NCBI GenBank assembly: GCA_965221165.1
Contig: CBDCRP010000002.1
Span: 992,001-1,056,000 of the forward strand
DNA: 64,000 bases
Source: a bacterium
GTDB lineage: Bacteria > UBA8248
Reading direction: 5' to 3'
Shown: positions 1 to 8,331 of the stretch, in pieces
Layout of the letters: every line of letters starts with the position of its first letter
How positions within the stretch are numbered: the first letter of the stretch is position 1
Notes under the pieces: model-generated
The model's database searches: none
Told to the model about the DNA's origin: nothing
The model's input: the letters and a program-made list of their open reading frames with translations, nothing else
Made by a program: the position numbers and the translations under genes

Positions 1-212
1 CCGCCCAGCGCCGCGAACCCCATCACCCCGATGTTGAAGAGTCCGGCATAGCCCCACTGTATGTTGACGCCCAGAGACATCACGGCCGATATCAGGCAGA
101 GATTCAGGATCGCCAGCGCCAAGGGCCAGCTTTGGACCAGGCCGACCACGGCCAAAGCCGTGAACATGGCGGCGAACATGAAGATGGCGCGCGTACGGTC
201 TGTGGGGTTCAT
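1..212 (-). CDS. livM: Branched-chain amino acid ABC transporter permease (LivM-like), 5' part only; runs off the window start
   Basis: ATG at 212 overlaps the livH stop (ATGA). Reads MNPTDRTRAIFMFAAM...LNLCLISAVMSLGVNIQWGYAGLFNIGVMGFAALG, the typical LivM N-terminal motif. Confidence 0.8.
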   Translation of the reverse strand, partial: MNPTDRTRAIFMFAAMFTALAVVGLVQSWPLALAILNLCLISAVMSLGVNIQWGYAGLFNIGVMGFAALG

Positions 213-1222
213 GGCGCTCTCCGCCCGAAAATGCCGGTGGGACGGAGCAGCAGCACCAGTACCAGTATGACGAAGGAAACCGCGAACTTGTAATCCGTGG
301 ACAACAATTGCACCAACCCTTGCGGCGCCCAATCGCCGGGCAGGGAATAGGCGAGGAATTTCTTGTAGGCGTAGGTGAGCGTGACTTCGGAGAAGGCGAT
401 GGTGAAGCCTCCTGCGATCGCGCCCAGCGGGTTGCCCAGTCCACCGATGATGGCGGCGGCGAAGATGGGCAGCAGGAGATGGAAATAGGTGAACGGCTTG
501 AAGCTCTTGTCCAGGCCATACAGGACACCTGCGATGGTGGCGAGCGCCGCGGCTATTATCCAGGTGGTACGAACGACCCGTTCCGGATCGATCCCCGAGA
601 GCAGGGCCAGGTCTTCGTTGTCCGAATATGCGCGCATGGATTTGCCGGTGCGCGTGCGGTTCAGAAACCAGAACAGCGCCGCCACCACGAGCACCGCCGT
701 CAGGATGGTCAAACCCTGCGTAGTCTTGAAGGCGACGCCCTCGCTGAAACCGCTCAGGCGCTTGAAGGCTGGGGCCGTGATGATGAAACGCTCCCCGTCG
801 ACGAACCACCGATCGCCTGGCCCGATGATGAAGCGCACCACGCTGTTGTAGACGAACATCACCCCGACCGAGACGATCATCAACACCTCGGGTTTCGCCT
901 TCACCCGACGGTAGAAACGATACACCCATCGATCGAACAACAGGCAAAGAGCTATCGTGCAGAGGACACCGAACGGCAGGGCCAGCAACGCTGTCGGCAA
1001 CGGCGCGATCGAAACGCCCCAAGATTGCAGCAACCAAGTCAGCAGGATGGTCGCCATGGCCCCAAAGGCCATGGTGTCGCCCTGGGCGAAGTCCGAAAAG
1101 CGCAAGATGGCGTATATCAAGGTGACGGCCAGAGCTCCGAGCGCCAACTGACTGCCATACGCCATGCTGGGAACGATGACGAAATTCGACAACAGGATCA
1201 GCGCGTTCAGGATGCCGTCCAT
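209..1222 (-). CDS. livH: Branched-chain amino acid ABC transporter permease (LivH-like)
   Basis: Hydrophobic 337 aa ORF with TRTGKSMRAYSDNEDLALLSGID and IIGGLGNPLGA motifs. Confidence 0.88.
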   Translation of the reverse strand: MDGILNALILLSNFVIVPSMAYGSQLALGALAVTLIYAILRFSDFAQGDTMAFGAMATILLTWLLQSWGVSIAPLPTALLALPFGVLCTIALCLLFDRWVYRFYRRVKAKPEVLMIVSVGVMFVYNSVVRFIIGPGDRWFVDGERFIITAPAFKRLSGFSEGVAFKTTQGLTILTAVLVVAALFWFLNRTRTGKSMRAYSDNEDLALLSGIDPERVVRTTWIIAAALATIAGVLYGLDKSFKPFTYFHLLLPIFAAAIIGGLGNPLGAIAGGFTIAFSEVTLTYAYKKFLAYSLPGDWAPQGLVQLLSTDYKFAVSFVILVLVLLLRPTGIFGRRAP

Positions 1223-1226
1223 CGCC

Positions 1227-1949
1227 TCAGCCGCCCAGGAACGCCCGGCGGACTTCCGTGTTCATCATCAGGGCCGGGCCGGTGTCGGTATAGCGGTTTC
1301 GCCCCTGCACCAGCACGTATCCCCTGTCGGCGATGCTCAGCGCCTGGCGGGCGTTCTGCTCCACCATCAGAACGGCGATGCCGCTTCCGGCGATGTCGAG
1401 AATGCGCACGAACAATTCGGTCATCACGATGGGCGAGACCCCCGCCGTGGGTTCATCGAGCATCAACACCTTCGGACGGGTCATGAGCGCGCGGCCCACC
1501 GCCACCTGCTGGCGCTGGCCGCCGGATAGTTCGCCCGCGAGCTGGCGGCGCTTCTCCTTGAGGACGGGAAAGAGGTCGAACACCTCCCCCATGGTGTCCG
1601 CAATGTCTTCGCAGCGAATGAAGGCCCCCATCTCCAGGTTTTCCTCCACCGTCATGGAGGTGAAGACGTTGCCGGTTTGCGGCACCAGACTCATGCCGCT
1701 GACGACGCGATCCTGCGGCGTCAGCCCGGTGATGTCCTCCCCGCCCAGGCGAACCGAACCCTCGCGCATCTCCAGCATGCCGAAGAGCGCCTTCATCGCC
1801 GTGGATTTGCCCGAGCCGTTGGGGCCGACGACGACCGTGATTTCTCCGCATCGGGCGCCGATGGTGCACCCGTGCAGAATGTCCGGTCCGCCGTAGCCGC
1901 CGGTCATGTTCTCGCCGAGGAGATAATCTTCCGAATCATTCATCGTCAT
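1227..1949 (-). CDS. livF: ABC transporter ATP-binding protein (LivF-like)
   Basis: Walker A GPNGSGKS, signature LSGGQRQ, Walker B LMLDEP, VEQNA. Confidence 0.9.
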   Translation of the reverse strand: MTMNDSEDYLLGENMTGGYGGPDILHGCTIGARCGEITVVVGPNGSGKSTAMKALFGMLEMREGSVRLGGEDITGLTPQDRVVSGMSLVPQTGNVFTSMTVEENLEMGAFIRCEDIADTMGEVFDLFPVLKEKRRQLAGELSGGQRQQVAVGRALMTRPKVLMLDEPTAGVSPIVMTELFVRILDIAGSGIAVLMVEQNARQALSIADRGYVLVQGRNRYTDTGPALMMNTEVRRAFLGG

Positions 1950-2727
1950 CGGTTCGGTTCGGCTTGTCTTTGCGGCGCCCGCCCAGATAGGCCGTGATGA
2001 CCTGCTCGTCGGCCTTCACCTCCTCGACGCCGCCCTGTGCGAGAATCGCGCCCTCGGCCATGACGATCACGGGATCGCAAAGGCGCGAGATGAAATCCAT
2101 GTCGTGCTCTATCATGCAGAACGTATAGCCGCGCTCGCGCTGCAATCGCAGAATCGCATCGCCCAGCGTTTTGAGCAGGGTGCGGTTCACGCCGGCGCCC
2201 ACCTCGTCGAGAAGAACGATCTTCGCGTCGGCCATCATGGCGCGGCCCAGTTCCAGGAGTTTCTTCTGGCCGCCGGAGAGGTTCCCTGCCAGTTCGTCGG
2301 CTACCTGCGTGATTTGAAGAAACTCGATGACTTCCTCGGCCTTGGCCCGAACGCGCTCTTCTTCGGAGCGCACCAACTCGGGCTTCAGCCAGGCTCCGAG
2401 CAGGTTTTCTCCCGCCTGGCCCGAGGGCACCATCATGAGGTTTTCGCGCACCGTCAGGGTGGAGAATTCCTGCGCGATCTGAAAGGTGCGCAGCATGCCC
2501 ATGGCGCACAATTCATGAGGCTTGAGACCGGTGACGTTCTCCCCATCGAGATAGACGCTGCCCGACGTGGGGCGGTAAACCCCGGCGATGACGTTGAACA
2601 GCGTGGTCTTGCCCGCGCCGTTGGGGCCGATGAGACCGGTGATGCGGCCGCCGTCGATAGTGAGGGAAACGCCATCGACGGCGCGAATGCCGCCAAAGTG
2701 CATGTGTAGATCAACGACCGAGATCAT
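1936..2727 (-). CDS. livG: ABC transporter ATP-binding protein (LivG-like)
   Basis: GPNGAGKTT, LSGGQKK, LLDE, IEHDM and C-terminal AYLG. Confidence 0.9.
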   Translation of the reverse strand: MISVVDLHMHFGGIRAVDGVSLTIDGGRITGLIGPNGAGKTTLFNVIAGVYRPTSGSVYLDGENVTGLKPHELCAMGMLRTFQIAQEFSTLTVRENLMMVPSGQAGENLLGAWLKPELVRSEEERVRAKAEEVIEFLQITQVADELAGNLSGGQKKLLELGRAMMADAKIVLLDEVGAGVNRTLLKTLGDAILRLQRERGYTFCMIEHDMDFISRLCDPVIVMAEGAILAQGGVEEVKADEQVITAYLGGRRKDKPNRTDDDE

Positions 2728-2750
2728 AAAATCCGCAAGGAACGCCTGAC

Positions 2751-3935
2751 CTAGTGGTACCGCACGGTGGTGATCTTCCCACCCTTCACCAGTATCTCGC
2801 GGTAGTTGCCCGCGCTCTCACCAGCCCCGATCAGTTCGACCGCCGATGCGCCCACGTAATCGACGTCGCCACCCTTGGCGAGAATCTTGAGCGCTTTGGC
2901 CAGTTCACCGGGATAAATCTTCTCGCCCGGCGCATTGGCGACCATCATCACCTTGTCCTTGAGTTTCATGCTCTTGCTGGAGCCGGCCGCCTGCATGGCC
3001 AGGAGGATCAAGGCCGCGGCGTCATAGGATTCGGCCACGAACGGGGTGCCTCCCTTGAAGCCGGCCTTCTTGGCCAGCGCCCCGAGCTTCGCCGCACCCG
3101 GGCTGTCCGTGCCGGGCACGGTGCCGTAAGAACCATCGAGCGCCTTGCCGATCGCCTTCGGCAGGCTTTCGCCGATCATCCCGTCGGGCAGCACGAAGGT
3201 TTCGAACGCGCCGGTATCGACCGCCGCCCGGATGATGCCCTTGCCGCCCTGGTCCAGGTAACCGGCGACAATCAGAACATCGCCGCCTGCGGCTGCGAGT
3301 GCGCCGACTTCCGCCGTGTAGTCCGCCTTGCCGTCTTCATGCGCCGCGGAAATCGTAATCTTGCCGCCGGCCTTCTCGAAGTTGGTCTTGATGCTATCAG
3401 CCAGGCCCTTGCCATAATCGTTATTGGTGTAAGTCAAGGCCGCCGACTTGACGCCTCTTTCCTTCAAAACGGCGTTGAGAACCTGCCCCTGCCGGGCGTC
3501 GGAGGGAGCGGTGCGGAAGAACAGCCCATTGTCCTTGATGGTGGAAAGAGCAGGTGAAGTCGCCGAGGGGGAAATCATCACGACCCCGTTGGGCATAGCC
3601 ACGTTTTGCAGCATGGCGATGGTGACGCCGGAACAATCCCCCCCGACGATGGCGTTCACCTTATCGGACGTGACCAGACGCTCGGTCGCCGCCCTGGCGG
3701 CCGCTGAATCCGTACAAGTGCTATCGCCGCGCACCGAAACCACCTTGGCGCCGCCCAACAGGGCGCCGCTGTCGCTGACTTCCTTCATCGCCAATTCAGC
3801 GCCCTTGGCCATAGGCGGGGTGAGGGATTCAATGGGGCCCGTATAGCCGAAAATGACGCCCAATTTCACGGTTTCCGCACTGGCCGTCGCACCTGCAACT
3901 AAAACCAAAGCCATCGCAACCAGCAGTTTTTTCAT
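2751..3935 (-). CDS. ABC transporter substrate-binding protein (LivJ/LivK family)
   Basis: Signal peptide MKKLLVAMALVLVAGATASA, ISPSATSPALS, FFRTAPSD, NNDYGKG. GGAG RBS precedes the ATG at 3935. Confidence 0.9.
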   Translation of the reverse strand: MKKLLVAMALVLVAGATASAETVKLGVIFGYTGPIESLTPPMAKGAELAMKEVSDSGALLGGAKVVSVRGDSTCTDSAAARAATERLVTSDKVNAIVGGDCSGVTIAMLQNVAMPNGVVMISPSATSPALSTIKDNGLFFRTAPSDARQGQVLNAVLKERGVKSAALTYTNNDYGKGLADSIKTNFEKAGGKITISAAHEDGKADYTAEVGALAAAGGDVLIVAGYLDQGGKGIIRAAVDTGAFETFVLPDGMIGESLPKAIGKALDGSYGTVPGTDSPGAAKLGALAKKAGFKGGTPFVAESYDAAALILLAMQAAGSSKSMKLKDKVMMVANAPGEKIYPGELAKALKILAKGGDVDYVGASAVELIGAGESAGNYREILVKGGKITTVRYH

Positions 3936-4353
3936 TGCTATATCTCCTTCAGGGTCATTGTTGAACAATAAGGTAGATAGTTAGGTCCTCCGCGTAGATG
4001 AAGCCGAATTATACACGAATAAGATGTTGAAAATCGATGAAATTCTTATTCATACACCCGGCGTATCAGGCAGGGGACTTGCCCGGCCTGCTCTTGCCAG
4101 GAACGCGAAGGGCGGGATGACACGCAAGGCCATCATACTGATTACATGAATCATTTTGCAAAAGGTAAGGCGGGAGAGCGCCTCACGGAACTTATTGTGG
4201 GTGTTGTGCGAAGCACCAAAATCTTTGGGTGTGTGTTTCAGCGCCTGTTCGTCATGGGTACGCACAGTGGCGAGGACAGGCACAGGAGACTCCATGTGAA
4301 ATCTCAGATCGCTTGCACCTTATCGACTCTATGATGTTTCCTTGATTTTCAGG

Positions 4354-4392
4354 TGGCACGCCCGGTAGGACTCGAACCTACAACGTTCGGAT
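4354..4392 (-). repeat. Duplicated 3' end of tRNA-Arg(TCG); att-like island boundary
   Basis: tggcacgcccggtaggactcgaacctacaac-g-ttcggat matches 20281-20319 at 38 of 39 positions. Flanking tttccttgattttc also resembles tttccttgtttttc next to the intact tRNA. Confidence 0.9.
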
Positions 4393-4692
4393 TCCCAATC
4401 GGTAGGTTGCGGCTTTCAATTTCTACATATCTAAACGTAAAAGAATAGCAAGTTCATAAAGGACACGCGACCTGGTACGCACTCTACAATTTTTGTTGGG
4501 GGATTTGTTACGCTTGTGGCAGTGACGATAACGCGTGCCGCCAGTCTGAGCGTGATCAACATCGAAAGGGCATTCCCGCTCCTTCACGACACGTTGCCGA
4601 CGCATAACAAGGACGGAAACGATATGGAATGATTGACTCTTTTGGTGGTGTTGCCGTAAACTGATAAAGATTTAGCTAAGGAGTTCGCTCCA

Positions 4693-5436
4693 ATGATACG
4701 CAGATACTTCTTACTTTTCGTTTTTTCCCTGCTTTTTCTTTTTATCCCTAACTCTTCCCTGGCAAAGTACAAGGTCGCGCCCACCGCAGGCGGCGGAACC
4801 ATCGCCGGCCGGGTGAGCTTCGAGGGGGATACTCCCGCCCCCGTCAAATACATCATTACCAAGGACCATCACGCCTGTGGCAAAGGCCAGGTCACCCGCC
4901 AGGAGGTGGACGTGAAGGACGGCGCTCTCCGGGGCGTGATTGTCTATCTCCACAAGGTCAAGAAGGGCAAAGCCTTTTCCAAAAAAATCCAGAGCGTCGT
5001 GGTGGACCAGAAGAAGTGCGCCTATGTTCCCTACCTGCAAGTAGTCGCCGAAGGGGGCAAAGTCACCATCCTGAACAGTGACTCTGCCCATCACAACATT
5101 CACACCTACGAGATCATAGGCCGCTCCAAACGGTCCATGTGGAACATCTCTCAACCCAAATTCCGGAAAAAAGTCGTTCGCAAGGCCAAGGTTCGGCGAA
5201 GCCCCATCGTCCGGATCGAGTGTGACGTACACAACTGGATGAAGGGATTCCTCTTCGTGGCCAGGAACCCCTATTACGCGATCGTGAGCGGGGATGGGGC
5301 CTTTCAGATCAAGAATATACCCCCGGGGAAATACTCCCTGCGGGCGTGGCATCCGGCTCTGGGGATCAAGAAGAAAAAGATCACCATTTCCGCCGGTGGA
5401 AAGGAGACTGCCGCCTTCACGTTCTCTTCGAAATAA
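4693..5436 (+). CDS. Exported cupredoxin-like / carboxypeptidase-regulatory-like domain protein with predicted type-1 Cu site
   Basis: Signal peptide, HHNIH followed by CDVHNWM (C-x2-H-x2-M), and C-terminal GAFQIKNIPPGKYSLRAWH beta-sandwich. Confidence 0.7.
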   Translation: MIRRYFLLFVFSLLFLFIPNSSLAKYKVAPTAGGGTIAGRVSFEGDTPAPVKYIITKDHHACGKGQVTRQEVDVKDGALRGVIVYLHKVKKGKAFSKKIQSVVVDQKKCAYVPYLQVVAEGGKVTILNSDSAHHNIHTYEIIGRSKRSMWNISQPKFRKKVVRKAKVRRSPIVRIECDVHNWMKGFLFVARNPYYAIVSGDGAFQIKNIPPGKYSLRAWHPALGIKKKKITISAGGKETAAFTFSSK

Positions 5437-5509
5437 GGCCGGATTTCCGGCCCAGAGGAGACGGATGTCCTATAGGGTATAGAACAGCTAGCTTTGGGAG
5501 GTAGGAAGA

Positions 5510-6616
5510 ATGGATTTAGTTCGCGCTGTCGGGTGTCGGGTGCTGAGCGGAATCCTGCTGACTGCCTGGATTTTTCTTCCTGCCGCGGGCTGGGGTGCTT
5601 CTTTCTCGCCTCTTCCGGCGCCCAAGGCCCAGAAGCCCGCCCGGACCGAGTTGGGCCGGCATCTGTTCTTTGAACCCCGGTTGTCGGGGGACGGAGGGAT
5701 CAGTTGCGCCACCTGCCATCAACCCGCCAAGGGATGGGGCGATGGACAGAGCCTGTCCACGGGCTATCCCGGGAGCAAGTATTTCCGAAACGCGCAGACC
5801 CTCCTGAACGCCACCTACCATAAACGAGTCTTCTGGGACGGTCGTCTGAGCGGGGCCGACCTGCCTACGCTCGTTCGGGATCACCTGACCGAGGCCCACT
5901 TCATGCTGGTTGACGGCCGGTTGTTTCCCGAGCGGCTCAAGCAGATTCCCCTTTATGTGAAGAAATTCAAAGAGGCCTACGGAGGGGAGCCTTCCTTCGG
6001 GGGCGCGCTGAAAGCCATCGCGGCGTTCCTCCATACCATCACCTCCCGGGACGTTCCTTTTGATGAGTATCTCAAGGGCGAGAAAAAAGCCCTTTCCTCC
6101 CAGGCCAAACAGGGCCTCGCCCTGTTCCAGGAGAAGGCCGGATGCGTCCAGTGCCATAACGGAGCTCTTTTGAGCGACGGAGACTTCCATGCGCTCGGCG
6201 TTCCTGAAAACGAGCAGATATTCAAAGATCCGCTGCGCCACATCACTTTCCGCCGGTTCAACAAGGTCATCGGCGTTCCGAATTTCATGAACCTCAGGGC
6301 CGACCCGGGTCTCTACGTCGTGACGAAAGAAGAGAGCGACCGGGGCAAGTTCCGCACGCCGACTTTGCGGGAAGTCGCTCGAACGGCCCCCTACATGCAC
6401 AACGGCGCATTCGCCACGCTTGAGGACGTCGTCGCCTTTTATGACAAGGGCGGCGGCCGCGGCCCCAACAAGAGTCCACGCTTGAAACCCCTGGGCCTCA
6501 AGGCGGATGAGCGTAAAGCCCTGGTGGAATTCCTGAAAAGTCTCTCCGGCGATCCGGTTTCCATGAAGGCGCCGAAGCTTCCCGAATATGAAGTCCGCAA
6601 GCTGGGTGATAATTGA
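5510..6616 (+). CDS. idrP: Di-heme cytochrome c peroxidase family protein (IdrP-like, first copy)
   Basis: Signal peptide, LGRHLFFEPRLS, CATCH, FWDGR, CVQCH, FRTPTLREVARTAPYMHNG; adjacent to idrB/idrA. Confidence 0.85.
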   Translation: MDLVRAVGCRVLSGILLTAWIFLPAAGWGASFSPLPAPKAQKPARTELGRHLFFEPRLSGDGGISCATCHQPAKGWGDGQSLSTGYPGSKYFRNAQTLLNATYHKRVFWDGRLSGADLPTLVRDHLTEAHFMLVDGRLFPERLKQIPLYVKKFKEAYGGEPSFGGALKAIAAFLHTITSRDVPFDEYLKGEKKALSSQAKQGLALFQEKAGCVQCHNGALLSDGDFHALGVPENEQIFKDPLRHITFRRFNKVIGVPNFMNLRADPGLYVVTKEESDRGKFRTPTLREVARTAPYMHNGAFATLEDVVAFYDKGGGRGPNKSPRLKPLGLKADERKALVEFLKSLSGDPVSMKAPKLPEYEVRKLGDN

Positions 6617-6626
6617 GGAGACGGCC

Positions 6627-7766
6627 ATGAAAAGACGAATGAAAAATTGGTTCGTGGGTTCAACGATGGCCGTTTGCTTCATCGCCGTCCTTCTGACGGG
6701 AGGAGCCGGCTCGGCCCAGGAGGGGAAATTCCCTCCCCTGGGACCCCTTCCGCCGGTTCCGGTTCCGGCGGACAATCCCACCTCTCCGGCCAAGGTGGAG
6801 TTGGGCAAGCTCCTCTTTTTCGACGCCCGGTTGTCGGGGGACGCCAGCACGTCCTGCGCCTCTTGCCACAGCCCGGAGAGCGGCTGGGGAGACGGGGGGG
6901 ATCTGAGCCGGGGTTATCCGGGCACGCAGCACTGGAGGAACTCCCAGACAATCCTGAATTCAGCCTATTACGCAAAATTGTTCTGGGCCGGCGAGGTTCC
7001 GAGTCTGGAAGCGCAAGCCAAGAGCGCCGCCACCGGCAACGTGGCCGGGAACGGCGACACCATGATGATGGAGGAGCGTCTGCGCCAGGTGCCGGAGTAC
7101 GTCAAACGCTTTCGCGAGGTATTCGGAGCCGCCTGGCCGACCATCGACGACGCCTGGCGGGCCATTTCTGCCTTCGAGCGCACACTGGTCTCCAGGGCGA
7201 AGGACGTGCCGTTCGACCGCCACATGAAAGGGGACCGCAAGGCGCTTTCAGAAAGCGCGAAGCGGGGGTTGGCTCTTTTTCGCGGAAAGGCCCGGTGTGT
7301 CCAGTGCCATAACGGACCCCTGTTGTCAGACGATGACTATCACAACATCGGCGTTCCCCAAAATCCCGCATTCGAGGAAGACCCCCTGCGGCAGATTACC
7401 TTGCGTTTTCAGCACGTGATTCGGGGAGTACCGGAATCCGTGTACCGAAAGGCGGACCGGGATTTGGGGCTCTACTACACCACCAAGCGCAAGGCCGACC
7501 GGGGGAAGTTCCGTACCCCCAGCCTCCGGGAGCTGAAATACACGGCGCCCTATATGCATAACGGCGCATTTTTCGAGTTGGAAGAGGTCATTGATTTTTA
7601 TGACGAAGGAGGGGGAGAGGACCCGAACAAAAGTCCCCTTCTCAAGAAATTGGGGCTTTCAGACGAGGAGAAGGAGGATCTGCTGGCCTTTCTGCTGTCG
7701 ATATCGAGCGATAAGCCTTTGCTCGTTCAGCCACCTGAACTGCCGCCGTACGCGGCCATGCCGTAA
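6627..7766 (+). CDS. idrP: Di-heme cytochrome c peroxidase family protein (IdrP-like, second copy)
   Basis: Signal peptide, LGKLLFFDARLS, CASCH, CVQCH, FRTPSLRELKYTAPYMHNG; GAGGAG RBS before ATG 6627; paralog of the preceding gene. Confidence 0.85.
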   Translation: MKRRMKNWFVGSTMAVCFIAVLLTGGAGSAQEGKFPPLGPLPPVPVPADNPTSPAKVELGKLLFFDARLSGDASTSCASCHSPESGWGDGGDLSRGYPGTQHWRNSQTILNSAYYAKLFWAGEVPSLEAQAKSAATGNVAGNGDTMMMEERLRQVPEYVKRFREVFGAAWPTIDDAWRAISAFERTLVSRAKDVPFDRHMKGDRKALSESAKRGLALFRGKARCVQCHNGPLLSDDDYHNIGVPQNPAFEEDPLRQITLRFQHVIRGVPESVYRKADRDLGLYYTTKRKADRGKFRTPSLRELKYTAPYMHNGAFFELEEVIDFYDEGGGEDPNKSPLLKKLGLSDEEKEDLLAFLLSISSDKPLLVQPPELPPYAAMP

Positions 7767-7776
7767 GGAGGAATCC

Positions 7777-8319
7777 ATGAGCCACGAAGCCAAGGAAACC
7801 CGGCCTTGCATGTCCCGGCGGGCCTTTCTCCTGACCGGCGGAACCGCCGTGAGCGTGGTGCTGGTTACGGGCATCCCCGGTCTGGCCGGGGCGGCCCTGC
7901 AGAAGGCTGCTTATCCCCGCAAGAGAATCGGCAAGCTCGGCAGTCTCAAGGTCGATGCGCCGCAATACTTCCAATACCCGTGGAAAGACGTCTTCTCGGG
8001 ATGCATGCTGCTCAAGTTGGGTGTCGAGGCCGGCGGCGGCGTCGGTTCCAAGAGAGACGTCGTGGCGTTCAGCACCATTTGCACCCACATGGGCGGTCCC
8101 CTTCAGGGCACCTACAACGGGAAGTACAAGGCCATTGGCCCGTGCCCCTTTCATTTGACGACCTTCGACCTGATGAAGCACGGCATGGTCGCGGCGGGAC
8201 AGGCCACGGAAAGCCTTCCCCAGGTCGTTCTGGAGACCCGTGGAGACGACATCTACGCGATCGGGATGATGGGCCTCATATACGGTTATCACTCAAACCT
8301 TGCGCCGCTACAGCGCTGA
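7777..8319 (+). CDS. idrB: Rieske small subunit of AioAB-like iodate reductase (IdrB), Tat-exported
   Basis: Twin-arginine SRRAFLL, Rieske boxes CTHMGG and CPFHLT, GQATESLPQV, GLIYGY; AAGGAGG RBS. Confidence 0.85.
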   Translation: MSHEAKETRPCMSRRAFLLTGGTAVSVVLVTGIPGLAGAALQKAAYPRKRIGKLGSLKVDAPQYFQYPWKDVFSGCMLLKLGVEAGGGVGSKRDVVAFSTICTHMGGPLQGTYNGKYKAIGPCPFHLTTFDLMKHGMVAAGQATESLPQVVLETRGDDIYAIGMMGLIYGYHSNLAPLQR

Positions 8320-8331
8320 GGAGGACGCACC

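Noticed and set aside
4354-4400. A fourth intact tRNA
   Set aside because: Only the 3' half is present; the D-arm and 5' acceptor strand are missing.
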